A DNA stretch of 37,622 nucleotides from a virus. The position numbers and the translations under genes are program-made. Shown one piece after another: positions 24,531 through 33,570 of this stretch. A model generated the notes under the pieces. It saw only the letters and a list, made by a program, of their open reading frames with translations, was not told the DNA's origin and did no database searches. The number at the start of each line of letters is the position of its first letter. The stretch's first letter is position 1. Location of the stretch: UHGV virus genome UHGV-0369712; one strand, written 5' to 3'.

Positions 24531-26681
24531 ATGAGTACCACAACACGAAAATTTAAAACCGTTATCACCGATACGGGTGCAAAAAAATTAGCTCAGGCAG
24601 CCGCGCCAGATGGTAAGCCCGTCCGCCTGACTCATATGGCCGTGGGCGACGGTGGCGGCACGTTGCCCACACCAGACAGTAAGCAGACCCGTCTGGTGCA
24701 TGAGGTGTGGCGACACACTGTTAATCGCGTCATCCTGGACGCAACACATCAGAACCGCATTATTGCGGAGCTGGTTATTCCTCCTGAAACGGGCGGATTC
24801 TGGATCCGGGAAATTGGTGTGTTTGATGAGCACGGCGATTTAATCGCGGTGGGCAATACTGCCGAAAGTTACAAGCCAACTGTTGCCGAAGGGTCCGGAC
24901 GTGCACAAACATTTCGCACCATTCTGACCGTATCCAGCACAGCCACCGTAGCGCTTACCGTGGATAGCACCATGGTGATGGCCACAGTGGATTACGTGGA
25001 TGACAAACTGAAAGAGCATGAACAGTCACGACGTCACCCGGACGCCTCGCTGACCGCAAAAGGCTTTGTTCAACTCAGTAGCGCCACTAACAGCGTGTCT
25101 GAAACGCAGGCTGCAACGCCGAAAGCAGTAAAGGCAGCGTATGACCTTGCTAACGGTAAATATACTGCGCAGGATGCCAGCACGACGCGAAAAGGCCTTG
25201 TCCAGCTCAGTAGCGCCACCAACAGCACGTCTGAAACGCAGGCTGCAACGCCGAAAGCAGTAAAGGCCGCGTATGACCTTGCTAACGCAAAATATACCGC
25301 TCAGGACGCCACGACGGCACAAAAAGGGATAGTCCAGCTCAGTAGTGCCACCAACAGCACGTCTGAAACACTGGCCGCGACATCGAAAGCGGTTAAGGCG
25401 GTAATGGATGAAACGAACAAGAAAGCGCCCTTAAACAGTCCTGCGCTGACCGGAACGCCAACAACACCAACTGCGCGACAGGGAACGAATAATACCCAAA
25501 TCGCAAACACGGCTTTCGTTATGGCTGCGATTGCCGCCCTTGTAGATTCGTCACCTGATGCACTGAACACGCTGAACGAGCTGGCGGCGGCGTTGGGCAA
25601 CGACCCGAATTTTGCGACCACCATGACTAACGCGCTTGCGGGTAAGCAACCGAAAGATGCCACCCTGACGGCGCTGGCCGGGCTTGCTACTGCGGCAGAC
25701 AGGTTTCCGTATTTTACGGGGAATGATGTCGCCAGCCTGGCAACTCTGACAAAAGTCGGGCGGGATATTCTTGCGAAATCGACCGTTGCCGCCGTTATCG
25801 AATACCTCGGTTTACAGGAAACGGTAAACAGGGCTGGTAACGCCGTGCAAAAAAATGGCGATACCTTGTCCGGTGGGCTTACTTTTGAAAATGACTCAAT
25901 CCTTGCCTGGATTCGAAATACTGACTGGGCGAAGATTGGATTTAAAAATGATGCTGATGGTGACACTGATTCATACATGTGGTTTGAAACAGGCGACAAC
26001 GGCAATGAATATTTCAAATGGAGAAGCCGCCAGAGCACCACAACAAAAGACCTGATGACGCTGAAATGGGATGCACTAAATATTCTGGTAAATGCCGTCA
26101 TTAATGGCAGTCTTGGAGTTGGTACGACGAATGCGTTAGGTGGTAGCTCTATTGTTCTTGGTGATAATGACACCGGATTCAAACAGAATGGTGATGGTAT
26201 TCTGGATGTTTACGCTAATAGTCAGCGAGTATTCCGCTTTCAGAATGGAGTTGCTATTGCTTTTAAAAACATTCAGGCAGGTGATAGTAAAAAGTTCTCG
26301 CTATCCAGCTCCAACACCTCCACAAAGAATGCAACGTTTAATTTATGGGGTGCTTCAACCCGTCCAGTAGTTGCAGAGTTAGGCGATGAGGCAGGATGGC
26401 ATTTCTATAGCCAGCGAAATACAGATAACTCGGTAATATTTTCTGTTAACGGTCAGATACAGCCCAGCAACTGGGGGAATTTTGATTCACGCTATGTAAA
26501 AGATGTTCGCCTGGGTACGCGTGTTGTTCAATTGATGGCGCGTGGTGGTCGTTATGAAAAAGCCGGACACGCAATTACCGGATTAAGAATCATTGGTGAA
26601 GTAGATGGCGATGATGAAGCCATCTTCAGACCAATACAAAAATACATCAATGGCACATGGTATAACGTCGCACAGGTATAA
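24531..26681 (+). CDS. H: tail fibre protein (P2 gpH-like); C-terminal part lies inside the invertible segment
   Basis: 716 aa, very similar throughout to P2 H as I recall it (N-terminus KFKTVITDTGAKKLAQAAAP..., C-terminus RPIQKYINGTWYNVAQV); contains tandem 44-aa repeats and a gix-like site. Confidence 0.9.
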   Translation: MSTTTRKFKTVITDTGAKKLAQAAAPDGKPVRLTHMAVGDGGGTLPTPDSKQTRLVHEVWRHTVNRVILDATHQNRIIAELVIPPETGGFWIREIGVFDEHGDLIAVGNTAESYKPTVAEGSGRAQTFRTILTVSSTATVALTVDSTMVMATVDYVDDKLKEHEQSRRHPDASLTAKGFVQLSSATNSVSETQAATPKAVKAAYDLANGKYTAQDASTTRKGLVQLSSATNSTSETQAATPKAVKAAYDLANAKYTAQDATTAQKGIVQLSSATNSTSETLAATSKAVKAVMDETNKKAPLNSPALTGTPTTPTARQGTNNTQIANTAFVMAAIAALVDSSPDALNTLNELAAALGNDPNFATTMTNALAGKQPKDATLTALAGLATAADRFPYFTGNDVASLATLTKVGRDILAKSTVAAVIEYLGLQETVNRAGNAVQKNGDTLSGGLTFENDSILAWIRNTDWAKIGFKNDADGDTDSYMWFETGDNGNEYFKWRSRQSTTTKDLMTLKWDALNILVNAVINGSLGVGTTNALGGSSIVLGDNDTGFKQNGDGILDVYANSQRVFRFQNGVAIAFKNIQAGDSKKFSLSSSNTSTKNATFNLWGASTRPVVAELGDEAGWHFYSQRNTDNSVIFSVNGQIQPSNWGNFDSRYVKDVRLGTRVVQLMARGGRYEKAGHAITGLRIIGEVDGDDEAIFRPIQKYINGTWYNVAQV
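25056..25420 (+). repeat. about 2.75 tandem copies of a 132-bp (44-aa) in-frame repeat within H
   Basis: KG[FLI]VQLSSATNS[VT]SET[QL]AAT[PS]KAVKA... repeated with a 132-bp period (units near 25062, 25194, 25326). Confidence 0.8.
25794..25819. other. gix/hix-like recombination site 1 (left inverted repeat of the invertible tail-fibre segment), inside H
   Basis: TTATCGAATACCTCGGTTTACAGGAA; 22/26 match to the reverse complement of site 2; close to the Mu gix consensus TTATCCAAAACCTCGGTTTACAGGAA as I recall it. Confidence 0.7.
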
Positions 26682-26684
26682 ATT

Positions 26685-27212
26685 ATGCAGCATTTAAAAA
26701 ATATTAAGTCCGGAAATCCAAAAACAAAAGAACAATATCAGCTAACAAAGAATTTTGATGTTATCTGGTTATGGTCCGAAGACGGTAAAAACTGGTATGA
26801 GGAAGTAAATAACTTTCAGGACGACACCATAAAGATTGTATACGACGAAAATAATATTATTGTTGCCATAACCAAAGATGCCTCAACGCTTAATCCCGAA
26901 GGCTTTAGTGTCGTTGAGATTCCCGATATAACAGCCAATCGTCGTGCCGATGATTCAGGGAAGTGGATGTTTAAGGACGGAGCTGTGGTTAAGCGGATTT
27001 ATACAGCAGACGAACAGCAACAACAGGCCGAATCACAAAAGGTCGCGTTGCTTTCTGAAGCTGAAAGCGTTATTCAGCCACTGGAACGCGCTGTCAGGCT
27101 GAATATGGCGACGGATGAGGAACGCACACGACTGGAGTCATGGGAACGCTACAGCGTTCTGGTCAGCCGTGTGGATACAGCAAATCCCGAATGGCCACAA
27201 AAGCCTGAGTAA
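26685..27212 (+). CDS. G: tail fibre assembly chaperone (P2 gpG-like)
   Basis: 175 aa; [40 protein letters not shown] closely resembles P2 G. Confidence 0.9.
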   Translation: MQHLKNIKSGNPKTKEQYQLTKNFDVIWLWSEDGKNWYEEVNNFQDDTIKIVYDENNIIVAITKDASTLNPEGFSVVEIPDITANRRADDSGKWMFKDGAVVKRIYTADEQQQQAESQKVALLSEAESVIQPLERAVRLNMATDEERTRLESWERYSVLVSRVDTANPEWPQKPE

Positions 27213-27240
27213 AAATTAAGGCCCAATATCGGGCCTTCCC

Positions 27241-27774
27241 TCATTCTGGTTGTTCGGGAAACGTTACTGGCAGGCTGGAGGTGTCTGTAGATTCGACTTT
27301 CTGCGCATAGAGCATCCACTCGGTTAATTTTTGTTTATTCTCGTCGGAAATGATGCCCAGCCGTAGCTGTGAGTCCCATAGCTGGGTTTTATCCCTGACA
27401 AGTTGCAACAGGCTTTGCTTTTCATTTTCCGCTTGTTGCCTCTGCTCTTCCTCGGTATAAGTTCGCTTTATCACTACGCCATCTTTGAACAACCATTTCC
27501 CCGAAATATCAGCCCGGCGATTTGCTGTAATATCAGGTAATTCAACGACGCTTGCGCCTTCCGGATTAATTGCTGAAACATCCTTTTCAATACAAATAAT
27601 AACGCCGTTATGGTCATAGACCATTTTCAAAGTGTCTGGCTGGAAATTCTTTTGTTCCTCATACCAGTTTTTTCCATCATCTGAATAAAGCCATTTGATG
27701 TTAAATTGCTTTGTTAGCTGGTATTGCTCTTTTGTTTTAGGGTTGCCAGTAGTAATGTTTTTTAAGTGCATCAT
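27241..27774 (-). CDS. alternative tail fibre assembly chaperone (G')
   Basis: 177 aa; N-terminal half paralogous to G ([23 protein letters not shown]...), C-terminus divergent; inverted relative to G. Confidence 0.8.
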   Translation of the reverse strand: MMHLKNITTGNPKTKEQYQLTKQFNIKWLYSDDGKNWYEEQKNFQPDTLKMVYDHNGVIICIEKDVSAINPEGASVVELPDITANRRADISGKWLFKDGVVIKRTYTEEEQRQQAENEKQSLLQLVRDKTQLWDSQLRLGIISDENKQKLTEWMLYAQKVESTDTSSLPVTFPEQPE

Positions 27775-27776
27775 CG

Positions 27777-28490
27777 TTAAATACTCCCCGCGTTATACCA
27801 CGTCCCATTAATGCAATACTGAATTGGCCTTGCCTGAGTTGTATCAATTAATTCATCACGGTTTCCGTTAACTGAACCCGTAACGACATAACCTGACCTG
27901 TCAGACCAGCCGGGACCATTCCATGTCTGAACAGATGACAGACCGCCAAGGCGAATACCTGTAATAAACCTTGAGTTACATTCTGCCTGCGTGTATGCAC
28001 CAACATCTCCCGCAGAGGGTTTGCGGGTCGTGGTGTAAAACTCTGACCAGTCGGCTTCAAAACCATAACCATCACGGGCTGAACGATAAAAAATACCGCC
28101 ATTTTTATAATTAATCCGAAACTGAGCTGCAGGACAACTTCCTTCTCCCATATAAAAATGAATAATTAACGTTGATGCACCACTAATAGTTGCGTTATAG
28201 GCTCCGCTACTCCAGTTCCATCCAACTGCTTTATCATTCGCAACGGTGCTTCCTGTTTTCCCTAAGGCAAACGCACCAACATGACTTGCTTTTAATGTGA
28301 TATCGGAGGAACCATCAAAAGCCACATTGCTTATTTTCCTGGCAGTTTTTAATTTTGCAGCTGTAGAAGCATTGCCGGATAGTTCACCAGAAAGGCCACC
28401 GCTGAATGTTTGTCGATTAGTCCAGGTATTCGCTGTACTGAGTAACGGTATTTTCTCCCCGCTTGTGCCGAGTTCTCGTAAACCGAGGTT
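27777..28490 (-). CDS. promoterless alternative tail-fibre C-terminal cassette (Hv')
   Basis: Minus-strand frame open from 28490 with no canonical start; C-terminus RPIQYCINGTWYNAGSI parallels the H C-terminus; its 5' end carries gix-like site 2 in the same codon phase (L-G-L) as site 1 in H. Confidence 0.75.
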   Translation of the reverse strand, partial: NLGLRELGTSGEKIPLLSTANTWTNRQTFSGGLSGELSGNASTAAKLKTARKISNVAFDGSSDITLKASHVGAFALGKTGSTVANDKAVGWNWSSGAYNATISGASTLIIHFYMGEGSCPAAQFRINYKNGGIFYRSARDGYGFEADWSEFYTTTRKPSAGDVGAYTQAECNSRFITGIRLGGLSSVQTWNGPGWSDRSGYVVTGSVNGNRDELIDTTQARPIQYCINGTWYNAGSI

Positions 28491-28498
28491 TTAGATAA
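28473..28498. other. gix/hix-like recombination site 2 (right inverted repeat)
   Basis: TTCTCGTAAACCGAGGTTTTAGATAA; inverted relative to site 1; about 35-60 bp upstream of the invertase gene. Confidence 0.7.
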
Positions 28499-28534
28499 TG
28501 GCCGTTTCTGACCTGCATGGCATGATTTACGCTT

Positions 28535-29152
28535 TTGGACGGGAGATTCAGCGTGCTGATTGGCTATGTAAGGGTATCAACAAATGACCAGAATACAGAC
28601 CTGCAACGAAACGCTCTTGTTTGTGCAGGATGTGAACAAATATTTGAAGATAAATTAAGCGGGACAAAGACAGACCGACCGGGATTAAAACGCGCTTTAA
28701 AGCGCCTTCAAAAAGGTGACACGCTGGTTGTCTGGAAACTGGATCGCCTCGGGCGAAGCATGAAACATCTGATTTCTCTCGTCGGGGAACTACGGGAGCG
28801 AGGGATTAATTTTCGCAGTCTGACCGACAGCATAGATACATCTTCTCCAATGGGGCGTTTTTTCTTCCACGTGATGGGTGCCCTGGCTGAAATGGAACGT
28901 GAATTAATTGTTGAACGTACACTGGCCGGACTGGCGGCAGCGCGTGCACGGGGGCGCACAGGCGGACGTCGACCGAAGCTGACAAAAGAACAGCATGAGC
29001 AAATAGCAAGGCTGATCAAAAACGGGCACGACAGAAAACAACTGGCAATAATTTACGGCATTGGCATATCGACGATTTATCGTTATCACCCTGTAGGCGA
29101 TATACAGGCTGAAGAAACAACCAGGCAGACTCAGGAAAATGAAAACCGCTAA
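28535..29152 (+). CDS. serine DNA invertase, Gin/Cin/Pin/Hin family
   Basis: ...LIGYVRVSTNDQNTDLQRNALVCAGCEQIFEDKLSGT...GRRPKLT... is nearly identical in its N-terminal two-thirds to Mu Gin as I recall it (catalytic Ser in VRVST); C-terminal HTH; true start may be GTG 28556 (MLIGY...) rather than ATG 28535. Confidence 0.9.
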   Translation: MDGRFSVLIGYVRVSTNDQNTDLQRNALVCAGCEQIFEDKLSGTKTDRPGLKRALKRLQKGDTLVVWKLDRLGRSMKHLISLVGELRERGINFRSLTDSIDTSSPMGRFFFHVMGALAEMERELIVERTLAGLAAARARGRTGGRRPKLTKEQHEQIARLIKNGHDRKQLAIIYGIGISTIYRYHPVGDIQAEETTRQTQENENR

Positions 29153-29171
29153 TCTGACCATTAGCGGTTTT
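29144..29171. terminator. hairpin between the convergent invertase and U genes (possible bidirectional terminator)
   Basis: AACCGCTAA-(8 nt)-TTAGCGGTT 9-bp stem followed by a short T tract; overlaps the invertase stop codon. Confidence 0.4.
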
Positions 29172-29178
29172 GCGTTAA

Positions 29179-29673
29179 TCAAAACAGCCCTTTAACGGAG
29201 CTGGCCGCGCTGTTAAGGGATGATGTGACCTTATCTTTGAAGCCGGACAGCATATCACTGAACGATGAGGATTGCAGGCGCTCCCGCAAATCCTCATCAC
29301 AGCGTTCAAGGGTCAGTGAAAATTCTATCTTTTTCGCCTTACCGTAGCGATCAAACTCGGAACGGGTCGTATTCGTTCCGGTCAGGACATACATGCCGTA
29401 AATCTGCCCGACGCCATCAATCAGAGGCCAGGGGCGTCCTGTATACGCCTGCGTGGTCAGCAGCGACAGCGACACTTCGCCACCTGTAATTTCAGGATAA
29501 AGCACACCAGAAAGAACGATGCGATCATCACCTGCACCGATATACTGCCAGCTTGCTGAACGGTTAACGCGTTCATTTTTCACATGCCGCCAGCTTTTGT
29601 TTTGCTGTAACTGCTGATGCGGCAGCGTGCGCAGCTCAAAAACAAACATGCCGTAGATCATCATCATGGCCAT
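29179..29673 (-). CDS. U: tail protein U (P2 gpU-like)
   Basis: 164 aa; MFVFELRT...WRH..N.RV.R...WQY.G.G.D...L.GVL.PEITGG resembles P2 U. Confidence 0.85.
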   Translation of the reverse strand: MAMMMIYGMFVFELRTLPHQQLQQNKSWRHVKNERVNRSASWQYIGAGDDRIVLSGVLYPEITGGEVSLSLLTTQAYTGRPWPLIDGVGQIYGMYVLTGTNTTRSEFDRYGKAKKIEFSLTLERCDEDLRERLQSSSFSDMLSGFKDKVTSSLNSAASSVKGLF

Positions 29674-29679
29674 GACTCC

Positions 29680-32523
29680 TCAATCTTTATCGTAAAAACT
29701 GCCACGCCCGGCACGGGTGCGCCGTTCCATTTCTGCCCTGACCATTTCACCGACCAGTTTCGCCAGTTCGCGGGGATTCTGCGTAACAACGTTATGCAGA
29801 TGAACATGAATTTCACCACCAAATCCGGAGGCAACAGGCTCCCGGTTACGGGAAGTTACAGGAACTGATGCCACTGGAGATCGTATAGCCTCCGCCACCG
29901 GGCGGGAGCTGGCCGCAACAACAGGGACCAGCGCCGGAGGCAGCGGAGCCGGGACCACGGGTGTGATATTAATTGCGGGGGCAGGCTTACTGACCTGCGC
30001 AATCTTCCGCTCCTGCCACTCCCCACGAACAGCAAGTGCTCGGGGCAGGTTTTTAAAGACAATATCGCCGGGGCCAATGCGTTTTTTCGTCTCCTCAACC
30101 AGCTTACCTGTGTTATCAGCAATTTTGCTGAGTCTGCGCAGCGTACCGGTATTGCTGTCTGTGAGCGGTTTATTGTCTTTGGGGTTATCACCTCCGGTGC
30201 CATTGCCATTTTCCACAGGCTTCGGCGGATTGATTTTCGCCAGGTCCCCCTGAAGCAAGGCAACCTTGTCCTGAAGAATGGCCGCACGCTGTGCGTCTTC
30301 GATTTTCTTGCGCGCCCTTTCCGCTTCATCCGGAAGCACACCAAGCTTTTCAAGTATCCACGCCAGCGTATCCAGCAACATTTTTGCAGGTGTCAGAACA
30401 AGTTGTAACGCACCGCCAAGAACGTTACCGAATATCTCGCCAGCACTGGTACATTTATCCAGAGTTTCCTTGCTGGACTCCATCGGTGACAGCAGCGATT
30501 TAAACCAGTTAAACACCTGGCTGATCCCGCTTCCGATTGCGTCAAAAACAGGGCCAAACCGTTCAAAGGTTTCACGCAACGGGTTCAGCCTTTCCATAAT
30601 CCCGCTGAACACCCCGGCAAAAAATGCCCTGATGGGATCCCAGTATTTCCAGATAAGAACGGCAGCTCCGGCAAGCGCAGCCACGATAAGACCAACCGGA
30701 CTGAACAGCGCCCCGATAGCGCCTCCCAGCAAAGAAACGGAACCCGTCAGCATTCCCCACAGCGCAGGCAACACCCTGACGACATTCATTGACCGGGTAA
30801 GAATGTCAAAACCAAGACGCAGGGTGGCCAGCTTTCCGTAAAGCACCCCAATAACCAGCGACAACGAGCCAATCGTTGCAGTCATTGCCAGCAACGCACC
30901 GCCTGCTATCAGTAGCTGGCGTGTCAGTACCGGATGGGCCTGCGCCAGCGAGGTGATTTTTTCAAGCACCCGCGTGAGCCACTGCGTGACAGAACGCAGC
31001 GGACCGTCAACCAGATCACTGATGCGAATACGAAGACCTTCCCATGCGCTGTCGAGATTTTTCAGGTCCCCATCAAGATTATCGGCCATTACTTTTGCAA
31101 CGCGATCGGCCTCTCCCCTTGCCCCCTGCAATTCTCTGGTCAGTTTTTGCAGCTCTCCTGAACCAGCCGCCGCAACAAGCGTCTGCAAACCAACGAACGC
31201 CTCTTCTCCGGCGATGTCCTTGAAGAAGGAGACCTGGTCCACCTGTCCGTATTTTTGTGTCGCCTTATAGAGATCAAGCAGCACATCCTCCATCGGGCGC
31301 ATTTTGCCTCTGGCGTCAGCAACTGACACCCCCAGCTCTTTCAGTGCATCAGCCGCAGCTTTTGGCGGTGATGCAAGGCGGGACAGACTTGCGCGCATGG
31401 CCGTGCCAGCATCGCTTCCGCGAAGACCATTATTGGCAAGCATCCCGGCCATGGCCGCCGCTTCTTCAAGACTGATACCAAGTTTTGCGGCAACCGGACC
31501 GGTATACTTCATGGTTTCGCCCAGCGCGCGTAAATCAGTATTGGTCCGGGTAAATGCTGCTGTCAGCGTATCGCCCACCCGGTCCATTTGATCGGCTGTC
31601 AGGTTGAACTGTGTGAGGATATTGGAGCCTATATCCGCCGTCTCGCCGAGTTCGACGCCACCTGCCAGCGCCATATTAAGAACACCGGGCAATGCGGCCT
31701 GAATGGCCTGCGGAGTAAAACCAGCCATTGCCAGAAAGCTCTGCCCACTGGCGGCATCACTCGCAGTAAACTGTGTTTCAGAGCCAAGTTTTAACGCCTG
31801 CTCACGCAGCGCCTTAAACTGCGGGCTGTTTTTGTCGATTCGCGTCAGTGCCTGAACGCGGGACATCTCTTTGCCGAACCCGATCGCAGGCTGCAAAAAA
31901 CGCCCGGCAGCATAGCCGCCCGCCGCTGCCGCACCAATTGCCAGCGCACCACCTGTTTTCAGTTTTCCCGCGGTTTCCTGCGCGCGCGAATACCGCTCAC
32001 GCGCCCGCGTTACACGCGCAAGCGCCTGCCGTTCGCGTTCAAGCTGGTTGTTGTACTGTTCGGTGCGTCTGATGGCCTGCTGGATGGTGTTATCGCTGCC
32101 TGTCAGGGAAATGCCGTGGCGTTTCAGCTCTCCGCCAAGCTCCCGCATTTTCTGAATTTCCCGTGTGCGCGATTCATTCAGGCGTTCAAGCCGGGTGCTT
32201 AACTGCTGCATCAGCTTTTGTTGTTTTTCGCTGAGCACTGTACCCGTGCGTTGTAACTGATTAAGGGCGTTAAGCTGGCGTCGTGCTTTCACGATACCCG
32301 CATCCGCTTTACTGACAGCGTCGCGGGCGCGCTCAAATGATCGCGCCTGACGCTCGAGATTTTTGATCGCCCCCTGCGTTCGCTGGATGGAGTCACCAAA
32401 CTGCCCCATCAGGCGGCGGGCGTTTTCGGCAGGCCGGGTCAGCCTGTCAACGGCGCTGAAAGCGACCCGGATATCAAGAGTCTTCATTGTCTGCATTCCC
32501 GCTGCGAAGTGCCGCCCGCTCAC
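29680..32523 (-). CDS. T: tail tape measure protein (P2 gpT-like)
   Basis: 947 aa; long coiled-coil N-terminus, glycine-rich hydrophobic central segments; follows E/E'. Start may be an internal Met (M10 or M13) because the annotated start overlaps E'. Confidence 0.85.
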   Translation of the reverse strand: MSGRHFAAGMQTMKTLDIRVAFSAVDRLTRPAENARRLMGQFGDSIQRTQGAIKNLERQARSFERARDAVSKADAGIVKARRQLNALNQLQRTGTVLSEKQQKLMQQLSTRLERLNESRTREIQKMRELGGELKRHGISLTGSDNTIQQAIRRTEQYNNQLERERQALARVTRARERYSRAQETAGKLKTGGALAIGAAAAGGYAAGRFLQPAIGFGKEMSRVQALTRIDKNSPQFKALREQALKLGSETQFTASDAASGQSFLAMAGFTPQAIQAALPGVLNMALAGGVELGETADIGSNILTQFNLTADQMDRVGDTLTAAFTRTNTDLRALGETMKYTGPVAAKLGISLEEAAAMAGMLANNGLRGSDAGTAMRASLSRLASPPKAAADALKELGVSVADARGKMRPMEDVLLDLYKATQKYGQVDQVSFFKDIAGEEAFVGLQTLVAAAGSGELQKLTRELQGARGEADRVAKVMADNLDGDLKNLDSAWEGLRIRISDLVDGPLRSVTQWLTRVLEKITSLAQAHPVLTRQLLIAGGALLAMTATIGSLSLVIGVLYGKLATLRLGFDILTRSMNVVRVLPALWGMLTGSVSLLGGAIGALFSPVGLIVAALAGAAVLIWKYWDPIRAFFAGVFSGIMERLNPLRETFERFGPVFDAIGSGISQVFNWFKSLLSPMESSKETLDKCTSAGEIFGNVLGGALQLVLTPAKMLLDTLAWILEKLGVLPDEAERARKKIEDAQRAAILQDKVALLQGDLAKINPPKPVENGNGTGGDNPKDNKPLTDSNTGTLRRLSKIADNTGKLVEETKKRIGPGDIVFKNLPRALAVRGEWQERKIAQVSKPAPAINITPVVPAPLPPALVPVVAASSRPVAEAIRSPVASVPVTSRNREPVASGFGGEIHVHLHNVVTQNPRELAKLVGEMVRAEMERRTRAGRGSFYDKD

Positions 32524-33003
32524 GCCAGCTAACCACTTCGCCGGGCGTCATCATGAAGATTTCGGCGGGCGACCAGTTAAAAATGGCGGCAATATCCGCC
32601 ACAAAGTCTTCTATGTGCTCAAAGCACACAACCGTGATCAGGCTTCCGTCGCCTGTTCGTTCTTCCCGCCAGAGTCCGCACCGCTCAAAAAATTTACGGC
32701 AACCACACATAACTGAATAAAATCACGGGATGCCATTTTTTTGATCGTCACTTCATCCAGTCGCGGTGATGTCACGCGTGACAGCAGCGTAAACATGGAT
32801 TCCGCTTTCAGATTCAGCACATCAGACAGCGACAAATCTCGCAGAGATCCAGCCTGCTCAATAGCCCCGGTGATCTCCACATACGTGATTTTTTCGCCGC
32901 CTCGCTCAATTGGTTGGGTAAGTTTTACGCCACGCTCACTGGTTTCTTTCACAGTGTCAGCAACGACCGTGTTTTCGGTATCGATGTTTTTCGTCTCTTT
33001 CAT
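32474..33003 (-). CDS. E+E' tail assembly chaperone produced by programmed -1 ribosomal frameshift
   Basis: Slippery sequence AAATTTTTTG within E; the -1 frame continues as ...FFERCGLWREERTGDGS... to the stop at 32474, the conserved G/GT-type arrangement between tube and tape-measure genes. Confidence 0.7.
32638..33003 (-). CDS. E: tail assembly chaperone E (P2 gpE-like)
   Basis: 121 aa; ends shortly after the slippery heptamer T TTT TTG (plus-strand 32686-32692). Confidence 0.8.
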   Translation of the reverse strand: MKETKNIDTENTVVADTVKETSERGVKLTQPIERGGEKITYVEITGAIEQAGSLRDLSLSDVLNLKAESMFTLLSRVTSPRLDEVTIKKMASRDFIQLCVVAVNFLSGADSGGKNEQATEA

Positions 33004-33057
33004 CAGGAAACTCCTTTCAGTCAGAGGCGACGCACTGCGCCGCCTGCATATTACTTA

Positions 33058-33570
33058 TCAGCCAAGCCCGAGCGCGGAACGGATGCGATCGGGCACAATG
33101 TCCTTGCCGTCCTTCCGGTAAATGAAGTTCAGCAGGTCAATCTCCCACAACGGGCGATCGTTAACACTCAGCTTGTAGTAGGTGTTTTTAATGGCGTAAG
33201 TGTGTGATGTGGCTTCGCCCTGTTTGGCTTCCCCCATATCAATTTCCGTCACACGTCCGCGCATTTCGACTTCATACAGGTCGCTTTCTGCATCGGTGTA
33301 GTATTCACCCGCAAAACGCAGCAGCGTGCCGTCAATCGTGCCGCCATACTTAAGGAACAGCTCACGAACTGCGCCCCCCATGACAAAGCTCGCATCAAGC
33401 GCGGAGTCGTCCAGACCGAGATCAATACTTACCGCACCCATCATGCCACCACCCCGGTAGCTGTCGGTTTTGCGCGTCAGCTTAGGCAGAGTGACGGACG
33501 TCACCTTACCCACTTCGTTTTCACCATCCACAAACAGCGTAAAAAAGCGAAGATGTTTTGGTACAGCCAT
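33058..33570 (-). CDS. FII: tail tube protein (P2 gpFII-like)
   Basis: 170 aa; VTLPKLTRK...YRG.GM.G...DLGLDD and RFAG.Y resemble P2 FII. Confidence 0.9.
   Translation of the reverse strand: MAVPKHLRFFTLFVDGENEVGKVTSVTLPKLTRKTDSYRGGGMMGAVSIDLGLDDSALDASFVMGGAVRELFLKYGGTIDGTLLRFAGEYYTDAESDLYEVEMRGRVTEIDMGEAKQGEATSHTYAIKNTYYKLSVNDRPLWEIDLLNFIYRKDGKDIVPDRIRSALGLG

Noticed and set aside
25056-25420. Tandem repeats considered as a possible CRISPR array
   Set aside because: Repeats are 132 bp, contiguous without spacers, in frame within the tail fibre gene, and no cas genes are present.
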